Both the position numbers and the translations under genes were made by a program. Of a stretch of DNA of 59,820 nt, positions 28,557-37,697 are shown one piece after another. Position 1 is the first letter of the stretch, and each line of letters begins with the position of its first letter. The notes below the pieces were generated by a model. The model was given only the letters and a program-made list of their open reading frames with translations, searched no databases and was not told the origin of the DNA. Source of the DNA: Acidimicrobiia bacterium (GTDB lineage: Bacteria; Actinomycetota; Acidimicrobiia; Spongiisociales; ZC4RG35); contig JBGTKD010000044.1 in assembly GCA_041744795.1 (NCBI GenBank), positions 1 through 59,820 of the forward strand, read 5' to 3'.

Positions 28557-29813
28557 TCAGGACTCGATGATCTGGCGTGCGGCTCTCCGACCCGAGACGA
28601 ACGCCGCGTGGGCCGTCCCGTAGTACTCGGGCACGGTGTGTTCTCCGGCGAACAAGACCCGACGGTCTCCATCTTGGAACGCTCGCATGTCGCTTGCGGT
28701 CGCACCGGCAGAAATGTGGCTGTACGAGCCTCGGGCGTAGGGGTCGTTCGTCCAGTCAGTCACCATCGCCCCGATTGGCTTGGGCCCCTTGCCGAGCATG
28801 CGGTGCAGGACTTCAAGTCCTTGATCCATGCGGGTAGCGGGGTCAGCGGATACGTCACTGAGACTGGGGTTGTGATAGGCGAGCAGAGTGGGAGCACCTA
28901 CATGGGTGGTGAGGTCCATCCAGGCCGGAAAGCGGCGATCCGAGCCCAGGTATACGAGTCGGCGTACGTCTTCGGGCCACCAGCGTTCGCCATATAGGAG
29001 GATGAGCTTTTCTGCGGTTGACATCCGAAGACGGTTGACCGCCCGGTCGATACTCACCGGCCAGCCGGGCATGAAGTGAATCTGGCCACTGCGGAGAACT
29101 CCGAGTGGCACAGTCATCACGACCCGGTCTGCCTGCAGCGATCCCGCGTCGGTCGAGACGATCGCTTGTCGATCGTCGACTTCGACTGCCAGCACTGGCT
29201 GTTCGAGCTGGATGTCGAGCCCGGCGCTCATTCGGTCTACCACCGTCTGATACCCGCCGTTGATGACCACGTTCCCCCCTCCCGGAAGGACATAGGCGGC
29301 CGCACCGGCGGCAGAGATTGCATCTGGATGGGCTCCGATGTTCAGACCGCCTTCGAGCCACTCCAGGCTGAACCTGACTGCTTCCCCCGCTTCACCGGTC
29401 AACTTGCGGTTCTCGAGGTACCAGTCGATTGCCTCCTGGAGGGATGCCTCGCCGCCCAGTCCAGCAACCGCCTCGGCAGGGTCGAAGTCTGCCCACGTCG
29501 CCACTAGGGACGTGGCTGCAAGCTGACTTGTCAGGCTGCCGTCGGCGTTGTGGATCTGCATCCAGGAGCCCCAGGCACCGTCGCTCACCCAGTCGATGTT
29601 CTGAAGAGCGCACCACTCGGCCAGCGGGTTGTCCTGGGTTCCATGGAGCCAGGATCCCCCCAGGTCCACGTGCGTCCCGGCTATCTCGCCCTGCCAGAGT
29701 CGCCCTCCCGTGCGGTCGCGCGCTTCGATCACGGACACATCGATGCCCGCTTGCTGGAGTTCGGAGGCGCAGGTGAGCCCCGCCAGTCCGGCGCCCACCA
29801 CGATGACTCGCAT
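28557..29813 (-). CDS. Flavin-containing amine oxidase family oxidoreductase
   Basis: MRVIVVGAGLAGL, EARDRTGGR, DLGGSW, W..DPYARGSYS, FAGEHT...GTAHAAF.SG; true start is ATG 29813. Confidence 0.88.
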   Translation of the reverse strand: MRVIVVGAGLAGLTCASELQQAGIDVSVIEARDRTGGRLWQGEIAGTHVDLGGSWLHGTQDNPLAEWCALQNIDWVSDGAWGSWMQIHNADGSLTSQLAATSLVATWADFDPAEAVAGLGGEASLQEAIDWYLENRKLTGEAGEAVRFSLEWLEGGLNIGAHPDAISAAGAAAYVLPGGGNVVINGGYQTVVDRMSAGLDIQLEQPVLAVEVDDRQAIVSTDAGSLQADRVVMTVPLGVLRSGQIHFMPGWPVSIDRAVNRLRMSTAEKLILLYGERWWPEDVRRLVYLGSDRRFPAWMDLTTHVGAPTLLAYHNPSLSDVSADPATRMDQGLEVLHRMLGKGPKPIGAMVTDWTNDPYARGSYSHISAGATASDMRAFQDGDRRVLFAGEHTVPEYYGTAHAAFVSGRRAARQIIES

Positions 29814-29841
29814 AACCAGCGAGACTAGATATTCAGCTCGA

Positions 29842-29885
29842 TATACACCATGAATCGAACATACGTTCGATTCATGGTGTATAAT
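29842..29885 (+). promoter_or_regulatory. LexA SOS box within a perfect 19-bp inverted repeat, overlapping -10 TATAAT
   Basis: TATACACCATGAATCGAAC-ATAC-GTTCGATTCATGGTGTATA; TATAAT at 29880-29885, ATG 6 nt later. Confidence 0.9.
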
Positions 29886-29891
29886 GCAGCC

Positions 29892-31046
29892 ATGCGATCC
29901 GCCGTTCTTCTCCTGTCCGATGCACTCTTGCGGGTGGCTTCCGCCGAGCCAATGGATGCGATCGAAAACGATGAACTGCTCGAGCAGGTAGCCACGCTGC
30001 GGGAGGATCTCGACCGGCTGGAAGTGCAATTGCGGCGTCGGGTCAAGTCGATGAACGAGCGATCCGCTCATGGTCGGGACGGGTACTCCTCGGCCACGGC
30101 CTTCCTGAAGTATCGCTGCCGGATGACAGGGGGCAGCGCCCAGCGACTGGTCACCGAGGCCAATTCCTTGGCCGACATGGCGTTGACCGCCAAGTTGGCC
30201 GCCGGCGGCAGGTTGTCCCTCGATCAGGCCCGATTGTTGATCCGAGCCAAGCAACAGCATCCTGAGCAGTTCGAACAGGATGAATCGACTCTGACCGACG
30301 TGGTGCAACAGGCACGGTTCGTCTCCGACGCCAGAGCGATGATCGCCCACTGGTCCCAGGCCGTGTCCGATCACGTCGGGCGAGACGCAGCTTTCGAGCG
30401 ACGGGCGTTGTTCGTTTCTAAGACGTTCGATGGCATGGTCCGATTGGACGGTTGGCTAGATGCCAAGGCGGGGGAGATCGTCATGGATGCTCTCGACTCC
30501 GCCATGCCCCCGCGCGCAGCCGAGGACGTGCGTTCCCCGGCTCAGCGACGCGCCGACGCGCTGGTCGACCTGGTTTCGGGGCGCAGTCGATCGCGGGTGC
30601 CGGAGATCGTCGTCCATGTAGCGGATGAGCGGATGAGCGGCACCGTCGCCGAAACCCAGGGTGGTTCGGTTCTCGACGACGCCTGGTTGGAGCGTCTCGC
30701 TTGTGACTGCACCGTGCATCGGGTGGTGTTCGGCCCCGGGTCGAAGCCGATCGACGTCGGGCGGCGTCATCGACTGGTGACCGGAGCCCAACGACGGGCG
30801 CTGGTAGCCCGGGACCGGCATTGTCGGTTCCGAGGGTGCGATCGTCCGGCCAGATGGACCGATGCCCACCACGTTGTGCCGTGGATGAAAGGTGGTCGAA
30901 CCGACATGGACAACCTCGTTCTCTTGTGTCGCTTCCATCACACTCTGGTGCATGAGGGCGGGTGGAGCCTCACCGGTGTCGCTGATCACCTCGTTTTGCG
31001 GAGACCGGACGGAAGCATCATGGCTGAGGACAAATCGCCCCCGTGA
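29892..31046 (+). CDS. DUF222 (13E12-repeat family) HNH endonuclease
   Basis: RSPAQRRADAL, RLACD, DVGR..R....QRRAL.ARD..CRF.GC, DAHH..W..GG.TD.DNL.LLC..HH...H. Confidence 0.88.
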   Translation: MRSAVLLLSDALLRVASAEPMDAIENDELLEQVATLREDLDRLEVQLRRRVKSMNERSAHGRDGYSSATAFLKYRCRMTGGSAQRLVTEANSLADMALTAKLAAGGRLSLDQARLLIRAKQQHPEQFEQDESTLTDVVQQARFVSDARAMIAHWSQAVSDHVGRDAAFERRALFVSKTFDGMVRLDGWLDAKAGEIVMDALDSAMPPRAAEDVRSPAQRRADALVDLVSGRSRSRVPEIVVHVADERMSGTVAETQGGSVLDDAWLERLACDCTVHRVVFGPGSKPIDVGRRHRLVTGAQRRALVARDRHCRFRGCDRPARWTDAHHVVPWMKGGRTDMDNLVLLCRFHHTLVHEGGWSLTGVADHLVLRRPDGSIMAEDKSPP

Positions 31047-34000
31047 CCGGCGCCGTCCGCTACGCCGAACTCCACTGTCACACCAACTTTTCGTTTCTAG
31101 ATGGGGCTTCCCATCCGCATGAGTTAGTGGCGCGCGCCTCGGAGTTGGGATACTCCGCGCTCGGAGTCACAGACCACGATGGCTTCTACGGGGCGGTCAA
31201 GGTCATGGAGGCCGCTCGCCATCTCGGCATGCCTGTGGTCTACGGGGTAGAGATCGGTCTCGACCAGGACTCCGCCGGTGACCCTGAACCGATCGCCCGA
31301 GCTGAAGCGTGGGATGTCGCCCGCTCCGAACGCGACGATCCGATCCGCAGACGAGGTCGGTCGACGAGCCATTACGGGACCAAACCCGCCGACAGCAAGA
31401 CAGCAGACCATCTGGTCCTTCTCGCCGGATCGCCCGGCGCCTACACCGTTCTTTCCCGACTGGTGACTCGTGCCCAGATGCGAGGCGAAAAAGACAGGGC
31501 CGTCTATTCCTGGCCGGATCTGGCCGAAGCGGCAACTCACGCGGGAGTACATGCCCTGACCGCCTGCTGGCAGGGAGCCGTCCCCCGTGCTGCGGCCCGG
31601 GGTGACCTAGCGGGGGCCCTGACCCGGACGAACGAGCTGCGGGACCTGTTCGGCGACCGTCTGCATCTCGAGATCTGGCATCACGGTGTCCCCGGCGATG
31701 ACGAGCGAAACGACCTGCTGTGGGAGGTGTCTCGTACGCTGCGGGTCTCGACGATTGCCACGAACCAGGTCCATCACGCCGTACGCGGCGACTCCCATCT
31801 GGCGGATGTGCTGTCGGCCGTGGCCGGCAGGAGGGACCTGATTGGCGCAGATGGCTACCTGCCCGGTACTGATGAGCGTTTTCTGAAGTCTCCCGGTGAG
31901 ATGTCTGAGCGGTTCGGTCGATACCCGGGAGCAGTCGAAAGGGCCGCCGATCTGGGCTCTCATCTCTCCTTTGACCTCCGTCTGGTCGGTCCCCAGCTTC
32001 CGCCCTTTCCCATGCCGGGACACTTTCGAGACGAGATGGACTACCTGAGACATTTGACCTGGGAAGGAGCGCGTGACATCTATCCGGGCAACGGGGAGGG
32101 GGCAATCGATCCGTCAGCCAGGAGTCGACTGGAACACGAACTGGGGATCATCGGTCGACTGGGCTTCGCCGGATACTTTCTGGTCGTCAAGGACCTCACC
32201 GATTTCGCCCGCAGCCAGGGCATCTACTGCCAGATCCGAGGCTCGGGAGCGGATTCGGCCGTGTGCCGATGTTTGGGTCTCACCAGGGTCGATCCGATCC
32301 GGCTCGGTCTTCCTTTCGAGCGGTTCCTGTCAGAAGAGCGCGGCCGACCGCCGGACATCGACCTCGATCTGGAGGCTGATCGTCGGGAGGAGGTCATCCA
32401 GTACTGCTACCGGCGCTATGGGAGAGAGCGAGCGGCCATGGTGGCCAACGTCGTCACCTATCGGGCCAGATCGGTACTGCGAGATGTCGGCAAGGTCTTC
32501 GGGATGACACAAGCCCAGGTGGACGGTCTGTCGAAATATGTCGACAGCCGCAATGCCGCCAAGTTGCGGTTGGAGGCGCCCCTCCCTCACGGTCTGACCG
32601 CCGAATACATCTACGACGTCTGCCAACGGCTGGACGGGTTTCCTCGTCATCTCGGGATCCACTCCGGTGGCATGGTCATCGCCGACCGGCCCCTTCATCA
32701 GGTCGTTCCAGTCGAGTGGGGTCGAATGGAGGGAAGGACGGTCCTGCAATGGGACAAGGATGACTGTGCGGCCATCGGAATCGTCAAGTTCGACCTGCTC
32801 GGCCTGGGGATGCTCAACGCTCTTCATCTCGCCACGGATCTGATAGCCGACACCCACGGTGTCGAGGTGGATCTGGCCGCCATCCCCCAGGAACCGGCCA
32901 TATATCGCCAACTCACCGCAGCAGACACTGTCGGGCTCTTTCAGGTGGAGTCCCGGGCTCAGATGGCCACTTTGCCGCGTATGAAGCCGACCACCTTCTA
33001 CGACCTGGCGGTCGAGGTTGCGCTGATTCGCCCCGGTCCGATCCAGGGTGCTTCGGTCCATCCGTATCTCCGACGCCGAAACGGTGAGGAGCCTGTCCGG
33101 TATCCCCATCCCTCAACCGTGTCCATCCTGGAAAAGACCCTGGGTGTTCCGGTGTTCCAGGAGCAGTTGATGGAACTTGCCAGAGTGTGTGCCGGGTTCG
33201 ACGGGGGACAGTCCGATCGACTTCGTCAGGCTATGAGCTCGAAGCGTTCCGAAGAAGCCATGGCGGCGTTGCGTGACGAGGTCTATGCCGGGATGGCGTC
33301 CAAAGGGATCACCGGCCCGGCGGCCGATGAAATCTGGGAGAAGCTGCAAGGCTTTTCCAGTTTTGGCTTTCCGGAGTCCCACTCGGTGAGCTTCGCCTAC
33401 ATCGTGTACATGTCAGCTTGGCTGCGTTTCCACTACCCGGCCGAGTTTCTCGCCGGGTTGCTCAACGCCCAGCCGATGGGTTTTTACAACCCGAACACTC
33501 TTGTTCAAGACGCTCAACGTCACGGGGTCATCGTTGTCGAACCGGATGTGAACGCCTCCTGGCACGACTGCACCATCGAACCGGCCGACGCCGATCCGGA
33601 AGATGTCGTCGAGTATCTGGGAGGCACCTGGAGACGCGGACGGGGTGCGGCAGACGATGCGATTCGTCCTGCGGTGGCGGTACGCATGGGTCTTAGTTAT
33701 GTGCGCAATCTCGGGGAGGCCGAGGTCACTCGGATCGAGGCTGCACGCGTGCTGGGTGGACCTTTCGTCTCGGCTGCCGATCTTGCTCACCGCACCGGCT
33801 TGCCGCTCGATGCACTGGAAGGGTTGGCGGCGGCGGGAGCTTTGGAGTCGGTGGGTCTTGGCAGGAGGGAAGGGTTGTGGGCTGCCGGGGCGCTGGCTGA
33901 GATCGGTCCGGGTCGCCTACCTCTCTCCCCGGGGGTCGACCCGCCGGTGTTGAAAGCGATGGACGAACAAGAACAACACCTGGCCGATCTCTGGGCGGTG

Positions 34001-34363
34001 GGGGCGTCGGTGTCCCATCCGATCCAGTTCGTCAGGGACCGCTTAGAAGACTGTCTGACCGTCAGCGAGGTACTGGCGCTCCGCAAACACACGCGTTCTG
34101 TCACGGTGGGTGGTGTCGTGACTCATCGGCAGCGGCCGAGCACTGCCAATGGGGTGATATTTCTGAACTTGGAGGACGAGACAGGTCTCTTGAACGTCGT
34201 CGTCCTTCCCCCCGTTTGGGAGTCACAGCGCGATGTCGCCCGTCGTAACCCGGCTTTGCGTGTTGAAGGAATGGTTGAGTACCGCGACGGCGTCACGAAC
34301 CTGGTTGCGAGGCGTTTCGAACCGCTTGTCGTGGTGGCAGCACGTTCGCGGGATTTTCGCTGA
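31043..34363 (+). CDS. dnaE2: Error-prone DNA polymerase III alpha subunit
   Basis: PHP YAELHCHTNFSFLDGAS, RGSGADS, PPDIDLD, GFPRHLGIHSGG, LIRPGP, FPESH, OB fold RQRP.TA.GV.F..LEDE.G, and the DnaE2 C-terminal SRDFR. Confidence 0.95.
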   Translation: MTGAVRYAELHCHTNFSFLDGASHPHELVARASELGYSALGVTDHDGFYGAVKVMEAARHLGMPVVYGVEIGLDQDSAGDPEPIARAEAWDVARSERDDPIRRRGRSTSHYGTKPADSKTADHLVLLAGSPGAYTVLSRLVTRAQMRGEKDRAVYSWPDLAEAATHAGVHALTACWQGAVPRAAARGDLAGALTRTNELRDLFGDRLHLEIWHHGVPGDDERNDLLWEVSRTLRVSTIATNQVHHAVRGDSHLADVLSAVAGRRDLIGADGYLPGTDERFLKSPGEMSERFGRYPGAVERAADLGSHLSFDLRLVGPQLPPFPMPGHFRDEMDYLRHLTWEGARDIYPGNGEGAIDPSARSRLEHELGIIGRLGFAGYFLVVKDLTDFARSQGIYCQIRGSGADSAVCRCLGLTRVDPIRLGLPFERFLSEERGRPPDIDLDLEADRREEVIQYCYRRYGRERAAMVANVVTYRARSVLRDVGKVFGMTQAQVDGLSKYVDSRNAAKLRLEAPLPHGLTAEYIYDVCQRLDGFPRHLGIHSGGMVIADRPLHQVVPVEWGRMEGRTVLQWDKDDCAAIGIVKFDLLGLGMLNALHLATDLIADTHGVEVDLAAIPQEPAIYRQLTAADTVGLFQVESRAQMATLPRMKPTTFYDLAVEVALIRPGPIQGASVHPYLRRRNGEEPVRYPHPSTVSILEKTLGVPVFQEQLMELARVCAGFDGGQSDRLRQAMSSKRSEEAMAALRDEVYAGMASKGITGPAADEIWEKLQGFSSFGFPESHSVSFAYIVYMSAWLRFHYPAEFLAGLLNAQPMGFYNPNTLVQDAQRHGVIVVEPDVNASWHDCTIEPADADPEDVVEYLGGTWRRGRGAADDAIRPAVAVRMGLSYVRNLGEAEVTRIEAARVLGGPFVSAADLAHRTGLPLDALEGLAAAGALESVGLGRREGLWAAGALAEIGPGRLPLSPGVDPPVLKAMDEQEQHLADLWAVGASVSHPIQFVRDRLEDCLTVSEVLALRKHTRSVTVGGVVTHRQRPSTANGVIFLNLEDETGLLNVVVLPPVWESQRDVARRNPALRVEGMVEYRDGVTNLVARRFEPLVVVAARSRDFR

Positions 34364-34365
34364 GG

Positions 34366-35412
34366 TCAACGCACCTCGACGGCGACGTGCTGCACGGCGT
34401 TCACTTCGTACCCGCCGACGTTCCAGACCGGCTCGAGCGGTTGGGATCGACCTGTGCTGTCGGTGGCTCGACAAGACAAGTCGTGCATTCCGATGCTTGC
34501 CTGCCATAGAAGAGTCCAACGGTGCCAGGCGTGACGGTCGACAGCGGGTTCTAAGACCGCCGCCAGCCAGGTGCTTCCGCCGTCGGTGCTGACCTCGACA
34601 CGGGTGATCGGGCCGAACCCGGACCAGGCGCGGCCGGAAAGCTCCACCTGACCAGCCTCCACTAGGCGCCGGCGGGTCATGAAGTCAGGTATTCCGGGGG
34701 GTTGGAGCAGACTGCGCGGGAGCATCCTGGTTACCGGACGTCCAGTCTCGTTCTCGTGTTGGCGGAACTGATATGACTGCTTCTGTTGGTAGCCGTCGAA
34801 CGGATCGGTTATCAGACTGATCTTCGATAGCCACTTCACATGAGTCATCCCGTACCAACCGGGGACGAGAAGTCGGGCGGGCGCACCGTGCTGGGGTGTG
34901 AGCGGCTGACCGTTCATTTCGATGGCGACTATCACATCGTCGATTTCGTCCAGCGCAAGACTGCGCTGGTAGTGCTGTTCGATGCCTCCGTCGATTCCAC
35001 GGTCGAGGCCGGTGAAAAGCACTTCTACGGCGCTGGATTGCACTCCGGCCTTCTCAAGCAACCACGACAACGGGACTCCGGTCCAGGCAGCGTTGCCGAC
35101 CGCATGGAGTAGCCACGGTTGGGAGATCGGCCGCGGTTCGAGAAGGGCTCTTCCGTTGCCGGCGCATTCCATGGTGACTGTCCGGGTCCGTAGCGGGCCC
35201 TCGTACAGGGCGCCCAGATCGATCGACACGGGGCGGTCCACTGCTCCGTCGACCTCGAGGCGCCAAGTGTGAGGGTCAACGGCGGGGATGTCGTAATGGA
35301 TGAGTAGATAGTGAAGGCCAACCGGTGTCAGATCCCATTGCAGGGCCTCCAGGGGGAACCCGTGATTTCTGGCAGCCAGACCCAACTCGTCGAAAGTGAT
35401 TACGTCCTTCAC
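34366..35412 (-). CDS. Sulfite oxidase family molybdopterin enzyme
   Basis: ECAGNGR, GNAAWTGV, MNG.PL...HG.P.RL.VPGWYG...VKWL, C-terminal dimerisation domain. Confidence 0.88.
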   Translation of the reverse strand: MKDVITFDELGLAARNHGFPLEALQWDLTPVGLHYLLIHYDIPAVDPHTWRLEVDGAVDRPVSIDLGALYEGPLRTRTVTMECAGNGRALLEPRPISQPWLLHAVGNAAWTGVPLSWLLEKAGVQSSAVEVLFTGLDRGIDGGIEQHYQRSLALDEIDDVIVAIEMNGQPLTPQHGAPARLLVPGWYGMTHVKWLSKISLITDPFDGYQQKQSYQFRQHENETGRPVTRMLPRSLLQPPGIPDFMTRRRLVEAGQVELSGRAWSGFGPITRVEVSTDGGSTWLAAVLEPAVDRHAWHRWTLLWQASIGMHDLSCRATDSTGRSQPLEPVWNVGGYEVNAVQHVAVEVR

Positions 35413-35455
35413 AACATCCCGATCGTATCTGCGGCGAAGGCCGACTGCGATCAGG

Positions 35456-35484
35456 TTGTCTACCTAACGTTTGTTAGGTATCTT
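35456..35484 (+). promoter_or_regulatory. Promoter with palindromic TetR-type operator
   Basis: -35 TTGTCT, 17-nt spacer, -10 TATCTT; operator TACCTAAC-GTTT-GTTAGGTA (35461-35480); ATG 6 nt after the -10. Confidence 0.8.
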
Positions 35485-35490
35485 GATGTG

Positions 35491-36084
35491 ATGGCAACTG
35501 CCCAAGCATCGGCTGACCCCAGCGGTCGGGATCGAATCACCGATGCTGCGGCTGACCTCTTCCTGCGCAACGGCTACGCCCAGACGTCGTTGCGCGACAT
35601 CGCCGCAGCGGTCGGGATCAAGGCAGGGTCCATCTACTACTACTTCGATTCCAAAGAGGCACTGCTCACCGAGATCCTGCACCGTGGAATCGGGGTGATG
35701 GAGGAAGCCTTCTCCGAGGCGGCTGACGCCTCGCGGGACCTCGATGCATCAGAGCGGATCCGAGCTCACGTCCATGCCCACCTTTCGGCGTTGTTCGAGT
35801 TCGGCCCCTACACCACCAACCATGTGTCTGCCTTCCACATTGCGCCGGCATCCGTCAGAGCGGCGATCATCCCGGCGAGGGACGGTTACGAGCGCATGTG
35901 GGTCGAGTTATTCGATGGCTTGGGCCGTGGAGGAGAGATATCCGATGACGTCGACCTTGGGCTCAGCAGGTTGGCGCTGTTCGGTGCCATGAACTTTGCT
36001 GTCGAGTGGTTCGACCCTGCCCGGGGGAATCTCGACGCGCTGGTCGACTCGATATCCCGCCAGTTCTGGTCAGGTGTGCGATGA
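35491..36084 (+). CDS. TetR family regulator (KstR2/AtuR-like C-terminus)
   Basis: AADLF...GY..TSLRDIAAAVGIKAGSIYYYFDSKE; GAMN...EWF.P. Confidence 0.9.
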   Translation: MATAQASADPSGRDRITDAAADLFLRNGYAQTSLRDIAAAVGIKAGSIYYYFDSKEALLTEILHRGIGVMEEAFSEAADASRDLDASERIRAHVHAHLSALFEFGPYTTNHVSAFHIAPASVRAAIIPARDGYERMWVELFDGLGRGGEISDDVDLGLSRLALFGAMNFAVEWFDPARGNLDALVDSISRQFWSGVR

Positions 36085-37697
36085 AAGTCATTCAGTCGGC
36101 GATTGACACAGGATCGGGGGAGTTCGGCGCCAACCGCGAGACATACGAAGGGTTGGTCGCCACGCTGCACGAGCGCATGCGCTGGGTAATCGAAGGTGGC
36201 AGAGACAAGAGCATCGAACGTCACCTCGCCAGAGGAAAGATCATGGTTCGCGACAGGATCGACATGGTGATCGACCCTGGCACCCCATTCGTCGAATTGT
36301 CGACGCTGTCCGGTTACGGCCAGTACGAAGATTCTGCTCCCGGTGCCGGATTGGTTACAGGAGTCGGCCTGGTTCATGGTGTGCCATACGTGTTCATCTG
36401 CAACGACGCCACTGTCAAGGGTGGGTCCTTGTTGCCGGTTTCGATCAAGAAGCATGTTCGAGCCCAGGACATCGCCGAACAGAACGGTTTGGGCGTCATC
36501 TACCTCGTTGACTCCGGCGGTGCCTTTCTCCCGCTACAGGATGAGATCTTTCCGGACAAGGACCACTTCGGTGGCAGCTTCTACCGCCAGGCACGACTCA
36601 GCGCACAGGGCTTGCCGCAACTTTCGGTAGTGCTCGGCGGCTGCACCGCCGGCGGTGCTTACGTCCCTGCACTAAGCGACGAAGTGATCATGGTCGAGGG
36701 CATCGGTCGCATCTTCTTGGGTGGTCCGCCGATCGTGAAGGCGGCACTGGGCGAGATCATCGAGCCAGACGACCTCGGCGGCGCCGCCCTCCATACGCAT
36801 GTTTCCGGGGTCAGCGACTACATGGCTGACGACGAAGCGGAGGCGTACGGACGGCTGAGGGAGATCTGTGAGACGACTTCCCAGCGACGAATCGACGATC
36901 GTCAGAGCTGGATCGACTGGGTCGAACCCGAATCTCCGCTCTACGACCCGGCGGAGATCTACGGAATCATCTCCGCCGATGACCGGGTTCCGTTCGATGC
37001 CACCGAGATCATCGCCCGTCTGGTGGACGGATCTCGTTTCTCGCCGTTCAAACCCGAGTGGGGTGAATCCATAGTCACCGGTTTTGGGAGGATCTGGGGT
37101 CATCTGGTTGGGATCATTGCCAACAACGGCATCATCTTCTCTGAGTCAGCGCTGAAGGCGACGCACTTCATCGAACTGTGTGAACAGCGCCGAGTCCCTC
37201 TTCTCTTTCTTCAGAACACTTCGGGATACATGGTGGGCCGGGACTCGGAGGCAGCCGGAATCGCCAAACACGGAGCGAAGATGGTGAGCGCGGTCGCCAA
37301 TGCCACAGTCCCCAAGTACACGGTGCTCATCGGCGGGTCCTATGGGGCAGGCAACTACGGCATGTGCGGTCGGGGATTCAACCCGAGATTCCTGTTCGCC
37401 TGGCCCAACTCGCGGATCGCCACCATGTCCGCCCAGACCGCCCAAACTGTCCTGGTCGACATCCGGCTGGGAGGGATGAAGGGCGAGGACACTTCTCCTG
37501 AACAGGTTGAGGCCATTCGCCGCGAGGTCGCCGATCAGTACGAAACCCAGTCAGATCCGTACTACGCCACGTCGCGGCTGTGGGATGACGGACTCATTGA
37601 TCCAATCGACACCAGGGACACCCTCGGACTTTGCTTGGCGCTTGCAGCCCGCCAGGACGAGCCCGCCCCCGGGCCGCGCGTCGTGTACCGGATGTGA
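36081..37697 (+). CDS. Acyl-CoA carboxylase carboxyltransferase subunit (MCC/geranyl-CoA carboxylase type)
   Basis: RGK..VRDRI, NDATVKGG, DSGGAFL, GCTAGGAY, GGSYGAGNYGMCGR; ATG 36081 overlaps the TetR stop. Confidence 0.9.
   Translation: MKVIQSAIDTGSGEFGANRETYEGLVATLHERMRWVIEGGRDKSIERHLARGKIMVRDRIDMVIDPGTPFVELSTLSGYGQYEDSAPGAGLVTGVGLVHGVPYVFICNDATVKGGSLLPVSIKKHVRAQDIAEQNGLGVIYLVDSGGAFLPLQDEIFPDKDHFGGSFYRQARLSAQGLPQLSVVLGGCTAGGAYVPALSDEVIMVEGIGRIFLGGPPIVKAALGEIIEPDDLGGAALHTHVSGVSDYMADDEAEAYGRLREICETTSQRRIDDRQSWIDWVEPESPLYDPAEIYGIISADDRVPFDATEIIARLVDGSRFSPFKPEWGESIVTGFGRIWGHLVGIIANNGIIFSESALKATHFIELCEQRRVPLLFLQNTSGYMVGRDSEAAGIAKHGAKMVSAVANATVPKYTVLIGGSYGAGNYGMCGRGFNPRFLFAWPNSRIATMSAQTAQTVLVDIRLGGMKGEDTSPEQVEAIRREVADQYETQSDPYYATSRLWDDGLIDPIDTRDTLGLCLALAARQDEPAPGPRVVYRM

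Noticed and set aside
29814-30374. N-terminal extension of the amine oxidase (605-aa ORF) antisense to the HNH gene
   Set aside because: It reads through the promoter palindrome; the Rossmann motif starts at ATG 29813.
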